Shown: positions 1-11,629 of the stretch, piece by piece
How positions within the stretch are numbered: position 1 is the stretch's first letter
Layout of the letters: every line of letters starts with the position of its first letter
Source: Mobula hypostoma
Lineage: Eukaryota
Direction of reading: 5' to 3'
NCBI RefSeq assembly: GCF_963921235.1
Contig: NC_086097.1
Location: 232,502,001-232,566,000, forward strand
DNA length: 64,000 nt
The notes under the pieces: generated by a model
Databases searched by the model: none
What the model was told of the DNA's origin: nothing
The model's input: only the letters and a program-made list of their open reading frames with translations
Made by a program: the position numbers and the translations under genes

Positions 1-290
1 AAATGAAGAAAAATTTCCAAGAATGCTGCTAGATCTTGAGGGACTGTTTATAGGAAGAGCTTGGATAGGCTAGGATTCCTTTCCTTGGAGTATAGGCGAT
101 GGAGAGTGATCATCTAGAGGTATATAAAATCACGAGGGCCATGGATCGGATGAGTAGACACAGTCTTTTTTTTCCTAGAGTAGGGAAATCAAGAACTAGA
201 GGCCATAGTTTTCACATGAGAGCGGAAAGATTTAAGAGGAGCTTGAGGGGCATTTTTTTTTTAAAAACACAAAGGGTGGTATCTATGTAG
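1..290 (+). mobile_element. CR1 LINE 3' fragment
   Basis: Degenerate ORF2 C-terminus (EVYKI...TRGH...FF..QRVV). Confidence 0.85.
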
Positions 291-299
291 AATCAACAA

Positions 300-810
300 T
301 CTACGTCAGGTCTCACTGATATACAGGAGGAAACATTTGGAGCACTGGATACAGTGGATGACCACAATGGACTCACAGGTGAAGTGTCACCTCACCTGGA
401 AGGACTGCTTGGGGCCCTGAATGGTAGTGAGGGGGGAGGTGTAGGGGCAGGTGTAGCGCTTGTTCCGCTTGCAAGGTTAAGTGCCAGGATGGAGATCAGT
501 GGGGAGAGACGGATGGACAAGAGAGTCACATAGGGAGCGAACCCTGTGGAAAGCAGAAAGTTGGGGGGGGGTGGAGGGAACCCATTGGAGATGGCGGAGG
601 TTATGGAGAATTATGTGCTGGATGCGGAGGCTGCTGGGGTGGTAGGTGCAGACAAGAGGAACCCTATCCTTGGTAGGAGAGCACTATGATGGGGTGAGGG
701 CGGGAGGATGGGCTGAGTGTAGACGTGACAAAATGGAAGATATGCGGCTGATGGCAGCATCGATGGTGGAGGAAGGGAAGCTCTTTCTTTGAACAACAAG
801 GACACCTCCA
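300..810 (-). mobile_element. Penelope-like element fragment
   Basis: Similar in reverse complement to the Penelope RT/GIY-YIG remnant at 47115-48850. Confidence 0.65.
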
Positions 811-919
811 TCAGTTTTATCCCTGCCAATACTTCTGACCTTGGATCATCTCTCCAACCAACCCCTAACTTCCTGATCAAGTCACCAAATGTCACCTCAG
901 TCATATCTCTTCTTGAAGA

Positions 920-1460
920 TTTCTACAAGTATACCGTGGAGAGCATTCTAACTGGCTGCATCACTGTCTGGTATGGGGGTGGGGGAGGTGGGGCTACTGC
1001 ATGAGATTGAAATAAGTTGCAGAACTTTGTAAAATTAGTCAGCTCCATCACAGGTACCAGCCTTCGTAGTATCCAAGACATCTTCAAGGAGTGGTGCCTT
1101 AGGAAGGCAGCGTCCATCGTTAAGGAACCCCACCTCCCAGGACATTTCCTCTTCACGCTGTTACTGTCGGGAAGGAGGTACAGAAGCCTGAAGGCACACA
1201 CTTAGTAATTCAGGAACAGCTTCTTCCCCTCTGCCATCCGATTCCTAAATGGACTTGAACCCATGAACACTACCTCACTACTTTTTTATTTCTATTATTT
1301 TTGCGCTACTTTTATTAATTTAACTATTTAATAGACATATATACTTACCGTAGCTCAGTTTTTTTCTCTATATTTATTTATCATGTATTTCATTGTACTA
1401 CTGCTGTAAAGTTAACAAATTTCCCAACATATGCCAGTGATATTAAATCTGATTCTGATC
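920..1460 (+). mobile_element. Rex1/Babar-type LINE 3' fragment
   Basis: YTVESILTGCITVWYG...LLSGRRYRSL motif; ends in the tail tgatattaaatctgattctgat. Confidence 0.8.
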
Positions 1461-2152
1461 CCCATAATCCCCAGTCCTGTTTCATTCCACTGATTTTCTC
1501 CTTGGAAGTCTCCTGTGCTCATGTAATGTGCAAGGGTTGTCCTACTCTACACAGTGCTTTGGGTGTTCTGAGGATGGATAATTACTGTTGGTATGTGTAT
1601 GTTAGCATAGAGGCGAGCACAAAAACTTTGCAGTGCCAACTGAAAGATTTGAGTTCAATTCCTGGCACAGTTCTTAAGGAATTTGCATGTTCACCTGTGA
1701 CTGTGTAGGTTTCCTTTGGGTGCTCCAATTTCCTCCCACATGCCAAAGACATTAGGATTAATGCTATGTTTGCGGTGGAAGTGTGGTGATACTTGTGGGC
1801 TATCCAGAACAATCCTCACTGATTTTATGCAAATGGTGCATTTCATTGCATGTTTCGATGCACATATAGCAACTAAAGCTAATCTTTCCTTATTATCTTT
1901 AGACTCACAGAACACTGATACTGACAGCCCACAGCTCCTGCTCCAACCACCCCACCCCCAGGCAGATAACTTCAACACCCTTCTCAGTTACATGACAGTT
2001 TCCAGCACAACTTTACTTCAGATTAATAACCAGCATAGTTGCATTCTACTGCCCTCGCAGGTCGAATGTACAAAGCTATGCAGCGAGTTAAACACGATCT
2101 CAAAAATAATCAGAGACAGAAACTTTTTTAGGGTTTTAAAATGAATTCTTAC

Positions 2153-2578
2153 TTGTGAAACGGCAGAAAGTTCAGTAAAATATTTTACTAAATTCAATAC
2201 AGGATCATTGCGCACCTGAATATATTAATATTGTTGTTTATTTTCACAACAAGAGTTAACCAAGGTAATATCCATACACAATACTCCATAACTATGTCAT
2301 GTAAACAAAAGTAAACTCACAGCACAAGATCTTGATAATGATAAACAATAAACATAATACTTCCTTCAAAATGCATTTTCTAAATATTAACAAAAAATTA
2401 AGACTCACAGATATTGCTGTTTCAAGGTCAAGGGAGGAAGGAGTTAGATGCTTTTTCACCATGCGCTTCAAATGAAATCAAATTTAACCCATGCAGAAAT
2501 TGATATAAAAAACAGCTTACGTATAGGAAATGATGTTCATACAAAGTGAACTGTGCCTCTAGAGGTCAGAACATCCAT
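2153..2578 (-). CDS. Three phase-0 exons (2578-2543, 2465-2409, 2215-2153) of an unidentified gene running off the left edge: MDVLTSRGTVHF-RMVKKHLTPSSLDLETAIS-VRNDPVLNLVKYFTELSAVSQ
   Basis: Donors gtatga/gtgagt/gtaaga and acceptors ttgaag/attcag; exon lengths 36/57/63 nt, all in frame with no stops. Confidence 0.55.
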
Positions 2579-4155
2579 AATTTATCAGGGTCACTTGAAC
2601 ATCAAGCACACGGGCCAATTTATTAGCAACTACGCACGTGACAGGGAGAAGGTGGGACTCCCCGCTCTCACTCTCTGTGAAAGAACACCCTTGGTTAGCG
2701 TTATCAATTACATGATTAAACCTTCACATTCCTGGGATCAAAGTCAAAATATTATGCTTTGGATAAAATCCTGTTCTGAAAATTTCTGCAGCACAACATG
2801 CGCACAGAGGAAGACACAGCAATTAGCTTGATCTGTGCCCCTCCCATGAGACTTAATAACCACCCTCTCTACCACCAGTATACTAATGCCGTGGAGTGTA
2901 TAATCTATGTCCTCCCCTCAAGGATCATTCAAGAGCAATGTGCCTGTGATCCCTATATGAAAAAAGACATGGAGACACCATTTCCTTCAAATCAGAGTTT
3001 ATCGTCTTAAAGGAAATTTGACAACTGCTCTTGGTTTAATAGCTCAGGTCATCTAATAAAACTCAAATATGAACCTAAACAAACAGCACAAGTAACCGGT
3101 ATTAGCTGCTTATGGTCTTTCTCTGAAGATCTGGTCAAATTGCCACCAAAATTAAACTCATATTCCAGTAAAATCAGGAGTGATTTGGTCCCATCGTAGC
3201 AGGCATTCGATATCAAGTGGAATAGAAAGAGTTCAAAGTCAAGCCAATTTCAGAAGAAAGCCAACCATTTTATATTATAGACGACATTATTGTTGATAGG
3301 TGTAAATAATATGCACTTAATTAAAATACAATTACCTTTTGTTGTTTTTGCTTTGGTTCACCACAACCTGAAGCAACACTGAAGAGGTATGAAGAGTAAT
3401 TGTGAGAAATTATAGTGAACTGTAGACAGTATGAGAGGGAGTCAGAGCCAGACCTGTGACAAATCGTTTAATGATAATAACTACGCCATATTACGAAATG
3501 GAGGATACAGCTGATAATTAGCATTGTCTGTTCCTTTGTTTTTGACACAGAGGAGAAAAGCTATTAGATCCATCTTGTGCATTCGCCAACAGCTCATCAT
3601 TTGCGGCAAGCAAATGTTTTTTTAAAGTAGAATTAGAGATCACCACAACACAGAAATAGGCCCTTCAGCCCATCCAGTTAGTGCTGAAGTATTATGCTGC
3701 CTATCCCCATTGACCTGCACTCAGATCTTAGCCCTCCATACCCCTCCCCTCCCATCCAGTGGATTCTGGTTAATTGGGGCATCGGCAGATCAGTGCAGCC
3801 ACTTAATTGCGACATCTCTTAAAGAACAAAAACTAATCAAGAAAATTGCCAGGATTCCCTTTGTTTATTCGGGATGCTATGTCACTTATTGGGGGAGGAG
3901 ACAGGTTCTAACTAACATCAGTCATGCACATTTGTGTGGGTGATTGATCATACACTGTGCTCAAAGTATCAGTAGTTTTTTAAATAGCATCAGTTCCGTG
4001 TGTTTGTGTTCAAAAAGCAGTGATTTTTGTCACTGATGGTTGGCAAGAGACCAGCAGTAAGACAAATCTGAACTGTTTTGTGTACTGCAGTTTCAGGCAT
4101 TCTGGCCTGAAGATGCCAGAAACGGCCAAGGAGTGAAAATGAAATGATTTCACTA

Positions 4156-4735
4156 ATTCAAATTTGAATTGACTTTATTTCTTACATTCTTCAAATACAT
4201 GAGGAGTAAAAATCTTTACGTTACATCTCTATCTAAATGTGCAATGTGCAATCATAGTAATTTATAATAATTTATAATAAACAGAACAGTCAGTGTAATA
4301 TAGAGTACATTCAAATCAGCGTGAATTCATCAGTCTGATGGCCTGGTGGAAGAAGCTGTCCTGGAGACTGTGGGTCCTGGCTTTTATGCTGCGGTACCGC
4401 TTGCTGGATGGTAGCAGCTGGAATAGATTGTGGTTGGGATAGCTTGGGTCCCCAGTGATGCTACAGGCCCTTTTCACATATCTACCCTTGTAAATATCCT
4501 GAATAGTGGGAAGTTCACAACTACAGATGAGCTGGGCTGTCCGCACCACTCCCTGCAATTACGGGAAGTACAGTTCCCATTCCAGCCACTGATGCAGCCA
4601 GTCAGGATGCTCTCAATTGTGCCCCTGTAGAAAGTTCTGAGGATTTGGAGGCCCATTCCAAACTTCCTCAACGGTCTGAGGTGAAAGAGGCGCTGTTGTG
4701 CTTTTTTCACCACACAGCTGGTGTGTACAGACCAC
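4156..4735 (-). mobile_element. Rex1/Babar-type LINE 3' fragment nested in the Tigger-like element
   Basis: KKAQQRLFHLR...FYRGTIESILTGCI...LLPSSKRYRSIKART. Confidence 0.85.
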
Positions 4736-4893
4736 CACTTCAACAAGTTAAGAACTACAAAAAATTTGAAGGTGTCGACAGCCATCTTGAATATTACAAT
4801 GAAAATGAAGATTTGGAGGATGCAATTGTTAATAGAAATCTGAAGGCAATCCATTATATACACTGTATGTCAGCATTGATCTCAGTCATTGCA

Positions 4894-7800
4894 TATATAA
4901 CCATATAACCATATAACAATTACAGCACGGAAACAGGCCATCTCGGCCCTTCTAGTCCGTGCCAAACTCTTACTTTCACCTAGTCCCACTGACCTGCACT
5001 CAGCCCATAACCCTCCATTCCTTTCCTGTCCATATATCTATCCAATTTAACTTTAAATGACAACATTGAACCTGCCTCAACCACTTCTGCTAGAAGCTTG
5101 TTCCACACAGCTACCACTCTCTGAGTAAAGAAGTTCCCACTCATGTTACCCCTAAACTTTTGCCCTTTAACTCTCAACTCATGTCCTCTTGTTTGAATCT
5201 CCCCCATTCTCAATGGAAAAAGCCTATCCACGTCAACTCTATCAATCTCCCTCATAATTTTAAACACCTCTATCAAGTCACCCCTCATCCTTCTACACTC
5301 CAAAGAATAAAGACCCAACTTGTTCAACCTTTCTCTGTAACTTAGGTGATGAAACCCAGGCAACATTTTAGTAAACCTCCTCTGTACTCTCTCAATTTTG
5401 TTGACATCTTATAATTCGGTGACCAGAACTGTACACAATACTCCAAATTTGGCCTTACCAATGCCTTATACAATTTCAACATTATATCCCAACTCCTATA
5501 CTCAATGCTCTGATTAATAAAGGCCAGCATACCAAAAGCTTTCTTCACTGCCCTATCCACATGAGGTTCTACCTTCAGGGAACTATGCACTGTTATTCCT
5601 AGATCCTTCTGTTCTACAGCATACTTCAATGCCCTACCATTTACTATGTATGTCCTATTTTGATTAGTCCTACCAAAATGTAGCACCTCACATTTTTCAG
5701 CATTAAACTCCATCTGCCATCTTTCAGCCCACTCTTCTAGCTGGCCTAAATCTCTCTGCAAGCTTTGAATACCTACTTCATTATCCACAACGCCACCTAT
5801 CTTAGTATCATCTGCATACTTCCTAATCCAATTTACCACCCCATCATCCAGATCATTAATGTATATGACAAACAACATTGGACCCAGTTCAGATCCCTGA
5901 GGCACACCACTACACACCGTCCTCCAATCTGACACACAGTTATCCACCACTACTCTCTGGTGTCTCCCATCCAGCCACTGCTGAATCCATTTCACTACTT
6001 CAATATTAATGCCTAACGATTGAACCTTCCTAACCAACCTTCTGTGTGGAACCTTGTCAAAGGCCTTACTGAAGTCCATATAGACAACATCCACCGCTTT
6101 ACCCTCGTCAACTTTGTTAGTAACCTCATCAAAAAGATTTGTCAAACATGACCTTCCACGCACAAATCCATGTTGACTGTTCCTAATCAGACCCTGTCTA
6201 TCCAGATAATTATATATGCCATCTCCAAGAATACTTTCCATCAATTTACCCACCACTGACGTCAAACTCACAGGTTGATAATTGCTAGGTTTACTCTTAG
6301 AACCCTTTATAAACAATGGAACAACATGAGCAATACGCCAATCCTCCGGCACCATCCCCATTTCTAATGACATTTGAAATATTTCTGTCAGAGCCCTTGC
6401 TATTTCCACACTAACTTCCCTCAAGGTTCTAGGGAATATCTTGTCCGGACCCGGAGACTTATCCACTTTTATATTCCTTAGAAGCGCCAGTACTTCCTCT
6501 TCTTCAATCGTCATACGTTTGTACTTTCCATAACTACCCTTCTTGTTTCCTTTACTTTACACAATACAATATCCTTCTCCTTAATGAATACTGAAGAAAA
6601 GAAATTGTTCAAAATCTCCCTCATCCCAAGTTTCCTATATCCCTTGAAAACCATGGCTCTCTCAAACTTTTAACCTTGCCTTTCAACCTAACTGGAATAT
6701 AAAGATCCTGTACCCTCAAAATTTCACCTTTAAATGACCTCCATTTCTCTATTACATCCTTCCCATATTGTCCCATATTGTCTCCTCAAAGTTAGCCTTT
6801 CTCCAATCAAAAATCTCAACCCTGGGTCCAGTCCTGTCCTTCCCCATAATTATATTGAAACTAATGGTATTGTGATCACTGGACCCGAAGTGCTCCCCAA
6901 CACATACCTCCGTCACCTGCCCTATCTCATTCCCTAACAGGAGATCCAACACTGCCCCTTCTCTAGTTGGTACCTCTATGTATTGCTGCAAAAAACCATC
7001 CTGCACATATTTGACAAACTCCAAACCATCCAGCCGTTTTACAGAATGGGCTTCCCAGTCTATGTGTGGAAAATTAAAATCTCCCACAATCACAATCTTG
7101 TGCTTACTACAAATATCTGCTATCTCCTCACAAATTTGCTCCTCCAGTTCTCGATCCCCATTAGGTGGTCTAAGGTGGTCTAAGTGTCACAACACCTTTC
7201 CTATTCCTCAATTCCACCCAAATAGCCTCCCTGGACGAGTCCACTAATCTCTCCTGCCAGTGCACCGCTGTTATATCTTCTCTGACAAGCAATGCAACAC
7301 CTCCCCCTCTTGCCCCTCCTATTCTATCACACCTGAAGCAACGAAATCCTGGAATATTTAGTTGCCAATCACACCCCTCCTGCACCATGTTTCACTAATA
7401 GCTACAACATCATATTTCCAGGTATCAATCCCTGCTCTAAGCTCATCCACCTTTCTTACAATGCTCCTAGCATTAAAATAGATGCATTTAAGAAACTCTC
7501 CACCTCTTACTCTCTGTTTATCCTTCATGGAGAAAACAACTTTATCTTTTTCTTCCTTGTCCCCTATATCTTTGGTCTGAGTGCTCCTGATCTCTGTCCC
7601 CTGCCTATCCTCCCTCGCACACTGTCTACTAGCTTTCCCTATTTGTGAACTAACCTCCTCTCTCCTAGTCTCTTTAATTTGATTCCCACCCCCCAACCAT
7701 TCTAGTTTAAAGTCACCTCAGTAGCCCTCGCAAATCTCCCCACCAGGATATTGGTCCCCCTAGAATTCAAGTGCAAACCGTCCTTTTTGTACAGGTCACG

Positions 7801-8905
7801 CCTGCGCCAGGAGAGGTCCCAATGATCCAAAAACTTGAATCCCTGCCCCCGCTCCAATCCCTCAACCACGCATTTATCCTCCACCTCATTGCATTCCTAC
7901 TCTCACTGTCGCGTGGCACAGGCAGTAATCCCGAGATTACTACTTTTGCGGTCCTTTTTCTCAACTCCCTATATTCCTCCTTCAGGACCTCTCCCCTTTT
8001 CCTACCAATGTCATTGGTACCTATACGTACCATGACCTCTGGCTCCTCTCCCTCCCACTTCAGGATATCTTGGACGCGATCAGAAACATCCTGGACCCTG
8101 GCACCAGGGAGGCAAACTACCATCTGGGTCTCTGGACTGCGTCCATAGAATCGTCTATCTGACCCCCTATTACTACTGCTCTCCTCTTCCTTTCCCTACC
8201 CTTCTGAGCTACAGGGCCAGACTTCGTGCCAGAGGCATGGCCACTGTTGCTTCCCCCAGGTAAGCTGTCCCCCCTAACAGTACTCAAACAGGAGTACTTA
8301 TTGTCAAGGGGCATAGCCACTGGGGTACTCTCTATTACATGACTCTTCCTCATCCCCCTCCTAACCATGACCCACTTGTCTGCCTCCTGTGACCCCGGGG
8401 TGACTACCTGCCTGTAATTCCTCTCTATCAACTCCTCACTCTCCCTGACCAGACGAAGGTCATCGAGCTGCAGTTCCAGTTCCCTAACACGGTCTCTTAG
8501 GAGCTGCATCTCGGCGCACCAGATGTGGATGTCCGGGAGGCTGGGAGACTCCATGACCTCCCACATCTGGCACTGAGAACAACCAAGCTGCCCTCACACT
8601 CATACTTCCCCCTCTCCTCAAATAACAGGAAAAAATGAATACCAAATCTACTTCGCCTCGCCCAATTCCGCCTAAGCCCGTTCAGCCAAAGCCCTTAAGC
8701 CTTCACTCTGCTCCCGGCTCACTTTGCCACCCGCAAACTACGCTGCCCGCTATATAAGGCTGCATTCCTTTAAAATCTTCCACGCTTCACTCCCTGACGT
8801 CACACACCTGCGCAGTCCTGCCTCTCTGAACGCCGATGAAAAAAAAACCCGAAAAATTCAAAATGGCTTCCTCCGCACTCGCGCTCCGATTCTCAGACTT
8901 CCTTC
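4894..8905 (-). mobile_element. Near full-length CR1 LINE: 5' UTR, ORF1 (leucine zipper + SGNH esterase), ORF2 (APE endonuclease + RT); frameshifted
   Basis: ORF1: LRDRVRELELQLDDLR, CLPGARV, IGTND. ORF2: CIYFNARSI, GDFNFP, SDHN, YADD, FFTQRVV. Microsatellite tail near 4895-4915. Confidence 0.95.
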
Positions 8906-9229
8906 TAAATTCTGTTTGATAACTATTAGGCAGTAATACACAGATTTATAGCACTGGAGGACCGTTGGTAATGTTCTAATTTGTTCATTATTCCATTTAA
9001 ATACATAATTTGTTACTCAGTTGTAGGTTTTATATAATTTTAACTATTTCCATGAAAATTCAATTAATTGAGGCATCCACTTAAATGGGCCAAAATGGGT
9101 CCTGTTGTGTCCCAATTAACCAGAGTCCACTGTACCTATCCAAGTTTCTCTTAACTGTTGAAATCGAGCCCACATCCACCGCTTCTGATGACAATTAAGT
9201 TTGAGGAAGTATAACAAATGTAGGCAGGA

Positions 9230-10075
9230 TGGTAGTTCAAGCAGAGGAACGCTTCTCCAGTGATATGTGGGGAAACAGTCTCCCTAATGACTGAATGTGC
9301 AGAAAGTGCACCCTACTTACATTCCTGACTGACAAGGTCAAGCAGCTGGAGCTGGATGTACGCAGGACCACCCGGGAGGCTGAAAACCTCATAAATGAGA
9401 TTTTTATTGAGGGGGTCACACCCATAACGGAGGCTTCAGACTGTAGATGGGTGACCACCAGGTGAAGTAAGGGGAGCGTAGGGTTTCCCTGTGACCATTC
9501 CCCTCAGCAACAGTATTTGCTGCAGCTGCAGCAGCCAGGCCAGTGGCACTGGAGCTAACTCGGAGGCTCAGCAGGAAAGGGTAAACTCAGGCAGAGTGAC
9601 AATGACAGTTAGGGGGACAGGTTGTAGATTCTGTGGCCAAGAAAGGGACGCCAGGTTGGTGTGCTCCCTCCCAGGTACTAGGGTCCGGGATGTCTCAGAG
9701 CGGCTGCAGAATGTTCTCAAGAGGGAGGGTGAGCAGTCAGAGGTCGTGGTGCACAATGGTACCAATCGCATAGGGAGAAAGAGGGAAGAGACTCTGCACA
9801 GTGAGTATTGGAAGTTAGGATGGAGGCTGAGGACCAGGACCTCCAAGATAGTAATCTCTGGAATACACCCAGTACAACATGCTAGTCAGGGCAGGAATAG
9901 GATAATAGTGCAGATGACTGACTGAGGAATTGGGCAGGGATCGGATTTCTGGATCTTTGAGATCTATTCGGAGGAAGGCATGACCTGTACAAAAAGGACG
10001 TGTTACACCTGAACCCAAGTGGGACCAATATACTAGCGGGCAGGGTGGTTAGAGCTGTTGGGGAAGGTTTAGACT
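9230..10075 (+). mobile_element. CR1 ORF1 (esterase) fragment
   Basis: CSLPGTRVRDVSERLQ...VVVHNGTN...IVISGI; paralogous to the ORF1 at 7700-8566. Confidence 0.85.
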
Positions 10076-10819
10076 ATTGGTATGCAGAGGGGGAACGGGT
10101 GTGATAGGGCTGAGGATGGTGCAATTGGCACACAGTGCAAAAGGCTTAGGGAAATGTATATAGCGAGGGTGCCTAAGACTATTGCACTGTACTGTATTTG
10201 TCAACATGAAGCAGAGAGTAAAACTGGCAGAGGCAATGGATGTTGGGAATGGCGGTAGGGTGTTGGACAGGTGGCAGAGGAGTGCCGGGGTTGGGGTGGT
10301 GCAGGAGCAGACACCTCCAGCTCTGAGACACTAGGCAAAGTCATTTGATTCCAAACAATTGGTTTATTGATCAGTATAGAATATCTCACTGGGGCTTTCC
10401 TCCCCTCTCCCTTCCCCTTTTCCCAATCATCGTTCTTCTCTCCCTGACCCCTTCCCACTCTCAGTCCACAATAAAAACCCATATCAGACTAGTGCAAGCA
10501 TGAAACCAGCTGACAGTGGCAATGGTAGACGTGGGTTTAATCACATCATTTAAGAGATACTTGGATAGGAACATGGATGAGAGGGGTATGGAGAGCTATG
10601 TGCTGGAAGTGGATAGAAAGGACAATGCAGAAAAACAGTTGGCATGGACTGATGGGCCAAAAGGCCCTATTTCTGCGTTGTAGTGTCCTATGACAATGAG
10701 AGATGATCAGCTGGTAGGGGTGGAGAAGATGTATGAAGAGGGGGACTAGAAATAGGAAAATTGTATTTTCATATCACTGGGTTGATGTGGAGGACAGGAA
10801 GGGAAGATGAAGTGATGTG

Positions 10820-11405
10820 CTGGTTAATTTACAACCTAACAAATTAACTGTGCTTTTTGGAATAATTCCTCAAAATATCCGCGGTATCTCTTTGTCGGAC
10901 CAACATGTTATTGCATTTGTTACATTGATAGCTAGGAGGGTCATTTTGTTGAAGTGGAAGGATACATCAGCTCCCACTTTGTCACAATGGTTCTCTCAAG
11001 TGATGCTATGTCTTAGTTTGGAGAAAATTAGAAGTCAAACTTTTGAACCTATGTTTGATTTTGAGAAAAGATGGGGTTCATTTGCTTGTTACTACCATTT
11101 GAGTTAATTGATTGATTTCCTCCACGATCTATTTGTAAATTTTTGGTATTTTTTTTCCTTGCTGGCGGTTTGATGTTTATTTTTAGAAGCTTTTTGTATG
11201 ACGCATGGCTCCGGGATTGAACACCTAATGGGCTTTTTTTCCTTCACCTTTCCTTGCTTAGTAGGGTTTTTTTTTCTTTTTTTTTGTCACCAAGATTTTT
11301 TCAATCTTTAAAACAATGTTTTTTTTCTTGAGACACTGTAAGTGTTGCTTACATCGATGTACTCGTTAATTTTGGATAATAATAATAAAGAGATTTGAAA
11401 GGAAA
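10820..11405 (+). mobile_element. L1/Tx1-clade LINE 3' fragment with an 11-bp TSD
   Basis: ARRVILLKWK...PTLSQW...LEK...FEKRW ORF2 C-terminus; AATAAA and A-rich tail; TSD GAAGTGATGTG at 10809-10819 and 11406-11416. Confidence 0.85.
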
Positions 11406-11629
11406 GAAGTGATGTGATTGCCACAGAAGTTCTTTGTAGGTCAGTCAGTGAGCCAATTCTTACTCTCATTGATGTAGAGAAGGCCAAATCGAAAGCAACA
11501 TCCCTTCACCAACTGGTTCCACCTGCCCATCAGCCACCCCATCCACTTGGCTTTCTTCTCCCCTTCCCATTCTTTCCTTTATCTGGCTTCTGAACTCTTA
11601 ACTTATATGTTTATAGAACAAGGTCTCAG

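Larger units (their letters stand above)
3757..9132 (+). mobile_element. Tigger/pogo-like (Tc1/mariner) non-autonomous element split by two nested LINE insertions
   Basis: TIRs CAGTGGATTCTGGTTAATTGGG (3757) and CCCAATTAACCAGAGTCCACTG (ends 9132, followed by TA); internal remnant resembling the pogo C-terminal W...T..NCF...F motif near 4020-4095. Confidence 0.75.
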
